Notes under the pieces: model-generated | What the model was told of the DNA's origin: nothing | What the model saw: only the letters and a program-made list of their open reading frames with translations | Databases searched by the model: none | Shown: positions 46,377 through 58,435 of the stretch, one piece after another | How positions within the stretch are numbered: the stretch's first letter is position 1 | Layout: each line of letters starts with the position of its first letter | Assembly (NCBI GenBank): GCA_043787675.1 | Contig: JAYVUT010000010.1 | Coordinates: 16,733 to 80,732 of the forward strand | Direction of reading: 5' to 3' | Source of the DNA: Candidatus Altimarinota bacterium | GTDB lineage: Bacteria; Patescibacteriota; Gracilibacteria; BD1-5; UBA2023 | Length of the DNA: 64,000 nt | Made by a program: the position numbers and the translations under genes

Positions 46377-47123
46377 ATGAAATCACTCATTATATTCGAT
46401 CTTGACGATACCCTTGCTGAGAGCAAATCGGCTATTTTGCCTCACATGGCTATAGCACTAAAGCAACTCCTAGCAATCAAAAAAGTAGCTATCATCACAG
46501 GTGGGAAGTACGAACAAATTATCAAGCAAGTCGTCTCAAATCTCCCTGAAGATGCTAATATAGCAAATCTCTATCTATTTCCAACTTGTGGGGCATCCTA
46601 CTATCACTATGGAGATGGGCAATGGTCGAATGTTTACGAAGAGAAACTCTCAAGAGAAGATGTGAAAAAAATATTCCAAGCTCTCCGTGATGCTCAGGAA
46701 TCAGCAGGAGTAGTGACTGAGTGACCATTGTATGGTGAGCAGATCGAAGATCGTGGCACACAAGTATCTTGGTCTGCACTGGGACAGCAGTGTCCACCAG
46801 CAGTCAAGGTCATATGGGATCCAGATCAGAAAAAACGACTTTCTATGCTCCCATTTTTGAATAGGAGTATTCCAGAATATGAGTCTCGAGTTGGAGGAGC
46901 AACGACGATCGATGTTACTCGCAAGGGTGTAGATAAGAAATATGGTATCTATCAGATGGAGAAATATCTCTGAGTTCCACTCGCAGATATGTTGTTTATA
47001 GGAGATGCTATATTCCCAGGTGGCAATGACTACGCAGCTGTTGAGGTAGGTATCGATTATGAGAAAACAACCTGACCAGAGATGACTCATCGACTTATTG
47101 AGGAGATCGTAGCTCTCGGATAG
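46377..47123 (+). CDS. HAD-IIB family hydrolase (phosphomannomutase/sugar-phosphatase-like)
   Basis: Motifs are FDLDDTL (motif I), ITGG (II) and FIGDAIFPGGNDY (IV). Track fragments 46377..46724 and 46728..46973 share its frame. Confidence 0.75.
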
Positions 47124-47165
47124 TCTGATTTGCTTGCTTGAGATATATATGATATACTCATAATC

Positions 47166-47921
47166 ATGTTCACAAAAAAAGATCTTATTCACGAAAATAA
47201 TGAGCTCAAGTCTCGTCTCGAATTTGCTGAGAAATGGATGCGTCGTGAAGTAGCAGTATCCATAAATCGAATACAGAGAGAGAAATCCACCAAATCTACT
47301 CGCAAGTCTCTCTCTAATGTATTCGAGGCTGAGTGACTCGATATCCTTACGGGGCGTATCCTAGACCAGTTCGATGACTCACTCTCCAATGCACCGAAGT
47401 ATACCATAGAGCGTCTTATCGATGCTGAGATCTATTGGCAGACACTCCAGCGATATCCTCAGATGGATGCACTCCCAATAGTACTCGCGTATCAGAAGAT
47501 ATTTGATGCTTGGATCGAAGAAAAGCTGATTGCCCCATATCGTAGAGAGATGCAACATACTCACATAGGTGCTCTCATACGGAATCTAGACATAGATATT
47601 ATCAATATTCTCACCAAGAACTATAGTCTCTCTATCGGTCGACTCTATCAGATTCTCACGATTGTTCGTAGTAGTGGTCATGAGATATCTCCGGTCACCC
47701 AGAGTCTCATTGTATATTGGCAAAAAGAAATCCCAAATATACTCTCAATACTCATCTCTGATGAGTGTTTTATTATATTTTCTTGTCTCATAGAACTGGA
47801 GATATTCTCACGAAAACGCCATGAAGGCAAGGTCAACTATAGTGATGCCAAGAAGATGAGAGAAATAATGGTAGATGCGAGTGATACAAAAAGTTTTCTC
47901 GAAATGATTTTCTCAGTATAA
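47166..47921 (+). CDS. Hypothetical protein (251 aa)
   Basis: The frame is open from ATG 47166 across 1 TGA into track ORF 47463..47921. No motif was recognised. Confidence 0.45.
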
Positions 47922-47929
47922 TCACGAGT

Positions 47930-48400
47930 ATGATAATACTCGGCATAGATCCATGAACCGCTACGACCTGATTCGCAATCATCGAAAAAGAATGAAAGCG
48001 ACTCACCATACTCGAGTATGGAGTTATCACGACTCGATCTGGTATAAACTTCTCTGATCGTCTTGTCCAGATTGGGACTGATCTTAGTGAGATTATTGAT
48101 ACCTATCGTCCGACTCTTTGTGGCATTGAGCGTTTATTTTTTCTTCGCAATGTGACGAATGGTATCGATGTGGCTCAGGCGAGAGGTGTGATCGTCTATA
48201 CGCTCGCTACTCGAGGTATTCCACTTGTCGAATATACTCCACTTCAGGTGAAATCAGGAATAGCAGGGAACTGATTTGCCAAAAAACCTCAAGTCCAGAA
48301 AGCACTCAAAATGCTCCTCGGACTCACAGAGATCCCCAAGCCCGATGATGCAGCTGATGCCCTCGCTATAGCATATCTCACGAGTCTGAAGGTGAAGTAG
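47930..48400 (+). CDS. ruvC: Crossover junction endodeoxyribonuclease RuvC
   Basis: In ILGIDPGTATTGFAII, both Gly after DP and TT are TGA (the first at 47954-47956). It also has GIERLFF and [13 protein letters not shown]. The protein is 156 aa. Confidence 0.9.
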
Positions 48401-48489
48401 TCAAGTATTTGCGATAGTATAAAAATCCCTTGCTTTCGGCTCTCTCTTCTATACAATTCATATCAGTTATAGTTTCTACTTACTCATAT

Positions 48490-49251
48490 ATGGGTCTCGT
48501 TGCCGCATTTGCACAGACATTTCAGGTTTCAGAGTTTGATATCATATTTTTTGGTTTCAGTTTTTTCTCTACGATGATCATGTACTACTACTGGACGCTC
48601 CATACTCTCTATGAGATTGCGTTTGGTGCTATCGTGTGACTCGGGATCTATATCCTTCTCTCAGTGCTCCTCCTCGGAAATGGTCCTATGGGGACGATGG
48701 GTGGGCTTTTTCCATTTCCTTTTGCTGTACTCGTCATCTCGATTGCTGTGTATGCTGTGTTTGCTCTTGCTGTATTATTTCCTCTCCATGGTTGACTCGT
48801 TATTGCTGAGACCACTCACCAGGGTATTTATATTATTCAGTATATTTTTGTGGGTATGTTTCTCATATTCTCATGAGCTGCAGTCCTCGTATATATGATA
48901 GAACAGGTATACGTATTCCAGGTAGGTACTATATTTGTCTGGTTCCGAGATAGTTGGTACTATCAGAATATTATTCATTCATCGGCAGTATTCGCCTATA
49001 TCATGGCTCATCGAGATGTGATTATTCCACTTGGTGTTCTCCTCATGCTTTACAAGCTCCTCTTGTCTAATATTGTTTCCGCTATAGCTCTCTCTATCTG
49101 GTATAACTTATCTCATATAGGATTTTATAGGGCCAAGGATGAGGCATCCGCATATCGTGTTGAGTTCCATGAGGTTGGTGGTGCTGATGGGCATAGTCCA
49201 GATACACATGGAGCTGCAGCCCCAGCTCATGATGAACATACCCACCACTAA
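48490..49251 (+). CDS. Integral membrane protein with a His-rich C-terminal tail
   Basis: It has six or seven hydrophobic segments and the tail GGADGHSPDTHGAAAPAHDEHTHH. Track fragments 48430..48639 and 48895..49251 share its frame. The TTG at 48430 is an alternative start. Confidence 0.5.
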
Positions 49252-49269
49252 ATACTATATTGATATATT

Positions 49270-49824
49270 ATGACTATTGCCACTCCTATATTCGAGGAGA
49301 AAATCCTCTACAAGACTCACCAACACTGGATCATCCCAGTTATTAACTCACTCAAACTCATAATAATAGTGTCCATTCCGCTTGCTATAGTGACCTATTT
49401 TCTCTCTGGATACTCATGGACCCTAACGAGCCTGATATTTTTCATATTTTCAGCATTACTCGTATCGTATGATCACTATCTCTGGCACCACTCGTGGCTC
49501 ATGATTGGTAATCAGAAAATTACACTCTCTATACGCAACGGGCTCTGGTCACAATATGCTATGAATATCCGATATCGCAATATTAGAGATTCTGCAGTGA
49601 GCAAAAATAGCATATGGTGATATCTCTTCAAATATGGATCACTTTTTATCAGATCATCAGTTGCAGAGGGTGATTTCCGTGCACACTATGTACCAAAAGT
49701 AGGAAAAATATATGCACTCGTCAATGCACTCTCGAGATACTCAGATGATGAGAGAGCCTCCATCAATAGTATCGAGGCACTCCATGAGCATCATCAACGG
49801 TCAGAATTCTCATCGCCCCTCTAG
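49270..49824 (+). CDS. Membrane protein with a bacterial PH (bPH_2/YdbT-like) domain
   Basis: ILYKTHQHWIIP is followed by two TM helices, then a PH-like beta region. One TGA is in frame. It ends at TAG 49822-49824. Confidence 0.5.
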
Positions 49825-49827
49825 TCT

Positions 49828-50841
49828 ATGCTACAGAGACTATATATTATATTCTTATTATTTCTCATATCTGGCTGTACGAGCCCATATCATGAGCATT
49901 TTTGGCGAGAAAATATCGAACTCACTTCCCCGAAAAAAACTGTATCAGGAGAGCTATTCGCAAGTGATGGACAACTCGAAACACTTCCCAATACATATAC
50001 TCAGAAAGATCTCATCTCTCGTATTGATAAGGCACATAACCGTATATGGATAGAGATATATACTTGGACAGATGCAGCAAAACTCACGGATCCGATTATC
50101 CGAGCCCGACAAAGATGAGTTGATATCCGAGTTGTTCTGGAGGGGAATGTATTCGGCACTCCTCGCATCAATATGCCAGTTGCCAAAAAACTCAAAGAGG
50201 CTGGTATTTGAGTTATATATGCTGATAACCATCGATATTCTTTTACTCATGCAAAATTCTGGATTATTGATGATACGTATTCGATCTCGACAGGGAACTG
50301 GACCGCTTCATTTTATACCAAAAATCGTGAATACATCTATACAAGTACCGATATAGCGACTATGAATTTTCTCGAGAATATATTCATCGCTGACTCAACC
50401 CATATGGGCTACAAAGATATTTCTCAGATACCGAGTCATATAGTGATATCTCCGCTCAATGCTCGTATAGAGCTTGAGTGACTTATCTTATCTGCTCATG
50501 AGAGCCTACTTCTCTATGTCCAGACCCTCGATGATGATCATATCATAGAACTCATCGGACAACTGATTGCATCAGGTAAAAAAGTCGAAATATGTACTGC
50601 AGATAATGATTCCAACCGTATTCGTCAGACAGAATTCCCAAGTTGGCACTGGCGAATTATCCGCAAGCCATACCTCCATGCCAAAGTGATTATTGTCGAT
50701 AATGCTCGTATATTTATCGGAAGTCATAATCTCACTACCAATGCCATCGAAAATAATAGAGAAATGGGTATCATACTCTCTCAGAGAAGCGATATTGTAG
50801 AGCGTATACAGGCTGACTTCATATGAGATGGCTGTAGATAG
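49828..50841 (+). CDS. Phospholipase D superfamily lipoprotein (two HKD motifs; cardiolipin-synthase/nuclease-like)
   Basis: It has the lipobox LFLISGC and the motifs HAKFWIIDD..ISTGN and HAKVIIVDN..GSHNLT. The frame was checked (4 TGA). Confidence 0.8.
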
Positions 50842-50885
50842 TGTGATTTTTTGCTTTTTCACATGAGATGTGCTACTATCATAGT

Positions 50886-52814
50886 ATGAATATTTGGAAA
50901 AACAGTCTCATCACCCTTCTTTCACTTGGATTTGCTTCATTTTTTGTGTATGCATCATTCGTATTCGGTATGCCCAAAAACCAAAACAAAGATATACTCA
51001 CAGATCACCAGATACAAAAATCAGTTGCAAGTATTAGTACAGATAGCAAATGACTCCAGAGTCTTGAATATAGTTCATATGAAACTGGTTCTAGTGCTTC
51101 GGGCATATTATCACTCGATCTTGGCCGTCTATCGACAGCTTTTGTTATGAATAATTCTGATCTTTCTATTGTATTCTCAGGAACTCATGATCTTATTTTC
51201 CATGGATTTCAAGGTATTGTATCTCTTTATGATCCATTTATCTCATATACTCTTCATCCGAGTGATGCGAGTTATCGAGTGAGCCAGATAACCAATGGGA
51301 GTTATTATCTCTCATCTGAAAGCGATGGTACCATCTCTATTTACTCAATTGATGTTGTAGCAGAGCTCGCATTCTATGACCAATGAGAGCAAATGACAAA
51401 TATGATATTGTTTCCTGGTATGTATATCAGATTCGATCCAAAAGCAAATAAGGATCTCAAATGAGCTGATTTGTTTCGTATCATGCTCGTACTCGGAGAT
51501 GAACATAGTGATAAGCGTACTGGTTTAGAGTTTGTTAATCCAAGAGTTGACGGTGGTAAGTGAGAAGATATATTTTTTATGTATCAACTTCCAACTCCGA
51601 CACGCCCACTATTTCAGATGCTCCATCTCTTGTTCCGTGATCGTATCAAGCAAGTTGAGGATCTCAAAAGCTATGCAAGTAGTCGATGATATATTACTGA
51701 GGATATCAACACACTTGTCTATAATCCCAGTAAAAAAAATCACTATCTTCTCGATGATCTCAGATCAGTACTCTCTCGGGCAGTACAGTCTCAGATGGTG
51801 GCATCGGATTTTCGTACAAAGATTGATAAGATTCATATAGCATCTACTCAACTGGTTCAGGGTAATAGTGTCCAAAAAATGCTCGAAGGATTTCTCACTG
51901 ATGCTCGATTCGCTATATATGGTAATGTGAGCAATAGTCAATTTGATGCTATTTATACTGAGACTGCCAACATTCTTGGAATTATTCCTGGTACTGGTAA
52001 GGGTAAATTTTTTCAATACCTCTCTGACATCTACTCTCGTAATGTTGTATTGCAACGTAAAGATCCTACATTCTCAGGTATCGATACCTATACACCAACA
52101 GCGGACGGACTTAAGGAAACTCTTGAGAATAGTAATATAGAATCCAAAGATTATTTTGATATAGCACTCTATACATATCAACTTTTGCAAAAGACCCAAG
52201 ATAATCAAATGTTCACCTATGAGTCTATCACATCTCGAGCTACGTATGAGCTCATAGATACATTGTTCTGAGCTACTACCAAATATATTGAGTGACTCGC
52301 TACCCCAGAGCTCCAGAAAGCTGCATATCAGACACTTGTTATTCAGTTTTATGCACCGATTGCTGCAACGCTCAATCGCTCTCTCTATAGTACTTACGGG
52401 TCATATTCTGATGGTAAGATATATATCGATCGTCAGCATCTCGATGGTGACTTTGTCAAGTTCGATGTGAAGATGCGAGATAATCTAGAATCTACATATG
52501 AGCTGATGTTAGCATCATATGAACGTGTGGCACCACTCTATGATGTCGGGGAACAAAGATATACACTAATTGCCCTCAGAGATTCTATTACCCGAATAGG
52601 TTGATTCCTTGATATGGTCAGAGAGGGGAAGTATAGAGAATACCAGCTTGCTCCATATGCTGGTATCGATATTTGAGGTATTCCAACCCCAACTATTGGA
52701 TCTGATGGGCATATCGAAGTATTCGGAACTGTTGTACCTATACAACTTGGATCAGGTTCAACTATACCATCTTCCTCTGGATCTATAGTTATACCTCCAG
52801 TAGTGGTACAATAG
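50886..52814 (+). CDS. Large membrane-anchored or secreted hypothetical protein (642 aa)
   Basis: The N-terminal anchor is MNIWKNSLITLLSLGFASFFVYA. Three track fragments share a frame and are continuous across 9 TGA to TAG 52812-52814. No motif was recognised. Confidence 0.5.
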
Positions 52815-52818
52815 ATAT

Positions 52819-52852
52819 AAAAAACTTTCCTCAATATTGAGGAAAGTTTTTT
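52819..52852. terminator. Bidirectional rho-independent terminator
   Basis: A 13-bp stem AAAACTTTCCTCA / TGAGGAAAGTTTT is flanked by A and T runs. The trmD stop lies inside its T run. Confidence 0.75.
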
Positions 52853-53501
52853 ATGAGAGATGTGTCATTTTCCAATTTTGGATTTTTTTCAGGTCTCCCG
52901 ATAACAGGATACTTGGAACAGCAAGATTCTCGAATATCTCTGGTCTTGAGTATTGTGGATATTCTTTTTTTCCATTGAGTCAAGGAGAGAAACTCTCCTC
53001 AGTGAGTGATTCTACTGAGAGTACCCCTGGAATCAGTCTCACTATGCTATCGATGATGACGAGTGATGCGAGCTCACCACTTGAGAGTACATAGTTGCCG
53101 ATAGAGAGTTCATAGATATCGAATAGATCATATATACGGGCATCTATTCACTCATAGTGACCACAGATAATCGTGTATTGCTCTGAGTTCCTCGATAGGT
53201 CATAACTGAGTGATTGAGTGAGAACATCTCCTCTCGGACTCGTCAGGAGTATTGGCATCTTCCCATATCGGCTCTCTATATCTCTCAGACAATTCGATAT
53301 TGGCTCTATAGTGATGAGCGTGCCAGCTCATCCGCCATATGGACGATCATCCACACGTCTCGTATTGCGGACACTATAGTCCGCTAGGTTATATATTTTA
53401 TAGACAAAGAGCCCCTTATCTTGGGCTCTTTGCATGATACTTGTATTGAGATATGGCTTGATACTCTCTGGAAAAAGAGATATGATATGTATCGTGATCA
53501 T
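52851..53501 (-). CDS. trmD: tRNA (guanine37-N1)-methyltransferase TrmD
   Basis: Motifs are [20 protein letters not shown] and [11 protein letters not shown] (the third G is TGA 53328-53330, complement), plus a SPOUT-knot region. The protein is 216 aa and the frame was checked. Confidence 0.9.
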
Positions 53502-53502
53502 T

Positions 53503-54408
53503 TTATTGGATATCTATGATCTCAACATCGAAGTAGAGATCTTTCGACATGAATGGGTGATCAGCAAGGATGGTAACTGTTTTGTCACCGATTTCTTTGA
53601 TAGTTATTTTTGATCCATTAGGCGGAGTAGCTGATTCGCCTACAGCAAATGATTTACCATAGAACGGACTCTCTTTATTTGTGATCTGTAGAGTTACGTT
53701 ACTCCCTTCTATAGATAGAATCTTGAAATCTGCACCAGTACTCGTTGCAACTGCACCGACTTTGATTTCTTTTTTGTAGAATGGATTTCCTATATTCTCG
53801 ATTGCAAGAGTAATTGATCCTGACGATACTGCTGATACCTTAGCTGTTGCATTATTGGCTCCAGTGAGAGTATCTCCGACTTTTGCATTCATTACTTTAT
53901 CCTTCATTTCAGCAGGGAACTGAGATTTCTCGATTGTCTGAGAAAGAACATTATCGAACATTTTTTTATCACGAGTGATAGAGAATTCTGGAGCAATCTG
54001 CTCCTTGGCTATAACTACTGGCCTACCATAACCTTCTGATGGTATGACCTTGATTGTTTTTTTCTCACCCTTATGCAAACCCATGAGACCAGCTTCAAAT
54101 CCGACGATAACCTGACCTTGGCCAAGTGCTACTTGGAATGGCTTGTAAGTAGATCCAGTCTTGTAGAGGCCATTTGACATAGCTATGGACTCAAGTGTTG
54201 TCTCTTGGATAGGTCCAGTTGGTGAATCAGTGTGGAGAGTATAATTGAGAGTGAGCACAGATCCAGTAGACGCCATAGTTGTGCCAGACATCATTGTGTT
54301 CGGAGTTCCTATCTTATCTGGAGGCATCATTGCATCATCATTTTTCATACCAGGGAATGTACAGCTCGCGAGCGAGAGGAGGAGTGCAGATATCAGGAGA
54401 ATACGCAT
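53503..54408 (-). CDS. FKBP-type peptidyl-prolyl isomerase lipoprotein with an extended C-terminal domain
   Basis: It has the lipobox LLLSLASC and the FKBP core FQVALGQGQVIVGFEAGLMGLHKGEKKTIKV. This is an intact track ORF, and the start is chosen at the internal Met preceding the signal peptide. It has no TGA in about 300 codons. Confidence 0.8.
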   Translation of the reverse strand: MRILLISALLLSLASCTFPGMKNDDAMMPPDKIGTPNTMMSGTTMASTGSVLTLNYTLHTDSPTGPIQETTLESIAMSNGLYKTGSTYKPFQVALGQGQVIVGFEAGLMGLHKGEKKTIKVIPSEGYGRPVVIAKEQIAPEFSITRDKKMFDNVLSQTIEKSQFPAEMKDKVMNAKVGDTLTGANNATAKVSAVSSGSITLAIENIGNPFYKKEIKVGAVATSTGADFKILSIEGSNVTLQITNKESPFYGKSFAVGESATPPNGSKITIKEIGDKTVTILADHPFMSKDLYFDVEIIDIQ

Positions 54409-54477
54409 AGGAGAGAGTGGTAAAAAATAGAAATATAAAGGTGACTGCCGTATGAGCATTACCAATTGATAGATATT

Positions 54478-55464
54478 TTATAGATTTTTTGATTTTTGCA
54501 AGTCCAGTAGGGCTAGCTCTATTGCCAATATTCGTCATAATTCACTATCTTTGAGTCATTTTCCTCTCTTGTATGCGACGCTCATCATAGCGAGTTTATT
54601 ATAGAGTTTTTGTAGTTCGCTATATGGTATCTTGCTTATATATCATTTTTGTACCACATACGGGTGGATTCTAGTGATGTCTACTATATCTGATTCCCTC
54701 TCTCCTTGTTCTCTGAGGTATCTGATATAGAGAGTATTGCGGAGACTCCCCATCCAGCCTCCGAACCACTCATCTATCTTGGTAGTCGCAGTGATGCGAT
54801 GGAGTATATCGAGTGCTCTGACTATATCCATAGACATGACAGCATCTGTGAGTGCGAACATCGTATCTCCCCCATAGCCATGACAGAGTGCTATGATAGC
54901 ATCTTTTTGTTGCAAAACTCCAGACAGTGATACCATTTCGATGGTATGTGCAATATGGTGTCCCAAGAGCGGATTCCCGATATCATCTTTGCTACGAGTT
55001 GCCTCAGCCCCTTTATAGGTCGAGAGTATCAGATTCAACGCCTTCGTGTCTATATTTGATCTCTTTTCCCAAGCATCTTTATCCCAGAGAGTATCTATTT
55101 TTCTATTATCAGCATTTTTGCGTAGCCACGTGAGGAGTCATTCTTCTTTTTCTCACACATTATGAAATAGTAAATAATGATCCTCTGGTATATTGTCTGA
55201 TTTCTCTTGGAGCATCTTCTCTATTCCATCTGCTTTGCTCTTGCGATCTCGTCACCCACGAAATATAAATAATCTCTTTTCAGTGAAGAGTCCACTCATC
55301 AGTATCATATCACCCATTCACCTCATACTATCTTTGTCTCCGAGGTCATAGCGATCGATATTGATATCCCCGAATTTGAGACAAAATGCCCCGAGCCATC
55401 TCCGTACCTCTAGTTCTACGCCATAGCTATCATTGCCAGTAATGTGAATGATATTCTTGTACAT
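54478..55464 (-). CDS. holA: DNA polymerase III delta subunit (HolA)-like
   Basis: The N-terminus IIHITGNDSYGVELEVRRW and the overall length (328 aa) resemble HolA. The frame was checked (8 TGA). Sequence similarity was judged by eye only. Confidence 0.6.
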
Positions 55465-55534
55465 ATTGCTATCCTAGGAGTATCTCTCCAAAATTCAACT
55501 TTTCTTTTTATATTTTTGTAATATTATATCATAT

Positions 55535-56074
55535 ATGTTCAAGCTTATTTTTGCTCTCTCTCTGATATGTGCCCTTGCATCCTGTACTGCAGGTAGGTAT
55601 GAGGCTGTACATATACTATGAAAATTCCCTCAAGATAGCGAAATCCGAGTCCGTGGTATGTGAGTCAGGCTCCCAGATCATAGCATCCTCACGAGTGCCC
55701 ATGTTGTCCGCGATGATAGTATGATCTATGATATAGACTGAGAGAGATATCAGGCAGTCTACCGAGATATCCCATGAGATCGAGCTATCATAGCGAGAGA
55801 TACCACTCATCAGAATCAACCTCAAATCCCTAAACTCGCAACAGTCCAACTCTGAGGTCCTATATATACTGAGGTGAGTAGATCTGGTGTGATAGTGAGA
55901 ATAGCTGGTAAGGTCGTAGATCCTGCCGCATCGGTGCTCGGCTATGACTCCCTATGACGAGTTGTATCCCTCTCGGGGATAGTACGCATCGATGTAGATC
56001 TGTCTCCATGAGATAGTGGGGCCCCCATATATACATCTTTATGAGAACTCGTAGATGTAGTCCATGTGAGATAA
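55535..56074 (+). CDS. Small trypsin-like (S1/S1B) serine protease lipoprotein
   Basis: It has the lipobox ALASC. The catalytic His is in LTSAHVV, and the Ser is in PGDSGAPI (the G before DSG is TGA). It is only 179 aa. Confidence 0.65.
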
Positions 56075-56075
56075 T

Positions 56076-56102
56076 AAAAAACACCCGAGAGGGTGTTTTA
56101 TT
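56076..56102. terminator. Bidirectional terminator between convergent genes
   Basis: The hairpin ACACCC GAGA GGGTGT has an A run upstream and a T run downstream. Confidence 0.7.
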
Positions 56103-56119
56103 AAAGCTCAAGAGGGATA

Positions 56120-58330
56120 CTATTTTTTTGGAGGAGGTGTAGTTGGATTTTGTGTTGTAGATTCTGTATTTGTAGATCCTCCTGATTCATTATTTGCTTG
56201 TTCTGTGGTAGTTTTTTGAGCTCAACCAGTTGATGCAGTGGGGTGAATTTGTTTATATAAATACTGCCCCTCGTGGCTGTCTTCAAAATATTTCTTTGAA
56301 ATCATTCATTTTTCATATGCTGCCTTTATTTTCGGTAGATCACTTGTTATATCTTTTACTCACAATGCTACCATATTACTTTTTAGATCTGCTTCATTGC
56401 TCCATGTTATTTTTCAGTCTGCTCCCTTTTTTCAATATTTCTCTAGAATTGTATTTAATCATTCCGCAGTTTTATCCATTTTATTTCATTTGCTTTCTTG
56501 ACTGAGTTGAGTACGTAGATTGCCTACCATAGTATCTGTAGGAATATTAGTTGTTCGAATAGCCTCTATAGCTTTTACTGTTTCTTTTCTTGCGGCTGCC
56601 TCTAATCCAAGAAGTTGTCCAAGTGGGCTCTTGGCGTCTTCGTTGGTTCTATGGTCTTTATAGCCTTGTTCTACTTTCCCTATACCTTTTTCCATACCAC
56701 TCATACTCATACCGAGTCCAGGAATAGGAGTGTACTTCGGTATGCTCTTGGCGAGTGATCACACTTGACTACCGATCTTCTCAAATGGCTCAACAGCCAT
56801 TGCCACTGCTTTGCTCACATTCTTGGCTGCCATGAATGCCATCCATATGAATACGAGAGCTATGATATCGATAATGAGAGTACCAAATATACCACCAGCA
56901 GAGTTGAGTACACTCATAGTTCCACTCGCTCATGCAGCTTCCGTTGCTGGATCTATAGCTGCTCCAGCTTTTCATTCGAATGTTGTTTGGACACCACCGA
57001 ATTTGATGATATTGAGAGTTTTTGCTTCAGGTTCACCGAATTTGACTATTTTCCTTGTTATAGAGTTTTCACTATTACCAGCTATACTGATGATTTTACA
57101 TCATTCTCCCTTTATCATATCAGAGGTACATGGTGTTGTTGTAGCACCAGCCTTATCACTTCCTACTGCATTTATGAGTATGAGTCAAAATGATAGTGCA
57201 AGTCCGACGATCGCAGGGACGAAGCAGAGTCCGACGAACTCCTTGATCGTGAATGTATCCTTGTCTCCTCACATCATCGCAGATCCAGCAACAAACTGGA
57301 AAGTAAATAGTGGAGAGAATATCGCATAGACCCATAGCTTGATCGCTCTTACGAGGAGCATCGCAACGAGTGCCAGAGTGAGGAGACCGAATACGACAAA
57401 CATGATAGCCGCAACTATTCACTGATGTACTATCCCGAGCCCTGTAGATATTATATCTAGCCCTTGAGGGAGATTTTTTACTTCCTGAAACCTGAATACT
57501 GAATATGCATATATCATCATATAGCCATACATTCCAGCAGATTTATTGATGACATCTATAGGAGCTATACAATTTCCACCTTCTTTTTGTCCATCACATA
57601 TTGTTTTACTAGTATCAAGGCTACTATTTTTTTTGAATGAGTTATCATTTATAGTTATCTCTCTTGGTATACTTGGCGTACTCATCCAACTTTTCCCATC
57701 TTTATCTAGATTTGCCATAGTCTCAGCTGGAATAGTGATGACAGATGCAGTCACGACACTCGCGAGCGATACTGTCCACTGGACGAACCACCAGGTAAAT
57801 GGTACCATCAGGATACCGAGTGCCAGTTTTGGGAGCATTACTTTGTAGGAAAATGACTCTTTCCCGAACATCGTCCCGAGTGCGATGAGGATCAGTAGGA
57901 TCGCATAGACAAAATATACTATATTGGATACTGTCACCCAGAGTGAGTACATAGGAGTACGTAGACCAAATAAATCACCACTCGTCCAATCTGGAGACAT
58001 CAGCCATCATGCGAACATGATAGCAGGGGAGACAATAGCTGTGATGATTCCGAGGATAATATTGAGTCCGTCTATGAGACTATTCCACATCTTGAGTTGG
58101 TCTGTTGAAGTTGCTTTCGCATCTTTTGTCTCATAGGCAGATGCATCTAGTCCATTGATCATACCATCACTACTACTGGGTCCACTACCTGCAGCATATG
58201 TGTGCTGTTCAGTATATGATATACTCACTATTTTATCATTCGATCATATCATTTCGATATGTATATTCCCAAAAAACCCACTAAGAGCGACAAGTGATAG
58301 GAGCGAATATGTGAGAATGCGTTTGAACAT
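56120..58330 (-). CDS. Large polytopic membrane protein (736 aa) with a hydrophilic C-terminal tail; VirB6/TrbL-like topology, function unknown
   Basis: Track fragments 58007..58228, 57419..58000 and 56486..56710 share one frame. It has an N-terminal signal, at least 6 TM segments and a Trp-rich loop (PFTWWFVQW). The roughly 200-aa charged tail ends TTQNPTTPPPKK. It ends at TAG 56120-56122. Confidence 0.6.
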
Positions 58331-58435
58331 AATTGCTAAGGCTAAATACCAGAAAATTGGAATATAGATTCATTAGACCACAATTTGTTTTTTTTTGCAA
58401 ATATTGTGATTGTTTCTTTGTCAAAAAACTCCCCA

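Noticed and set aside
53503-54408. The TGA-free FKBP gene as evidence of recent horizontal transfer.
   Set aside because: Ribosomal protein genes are also TGA-free, so expression level is an equally good explanation. Composition statistics cannot be computed by hand.
54409-54465. A longer FKBP ORF starting at 54465, as in the track.
   Set aside because: The extra 19 residues precede a canonical lipoprotein signal (MRILLISALLLSLASC), so the internal Met at 54408 is the more plausible start.
58331-58435. An inverted repeat (CACAAT..ATTGTG around an A/T run) between the two membrane-protein genes, considered as a terminator.
   Set aside because: The stem is short and AT-rich with no clear T tail on the coding strand. 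The evidence is insufficient to call a feature.
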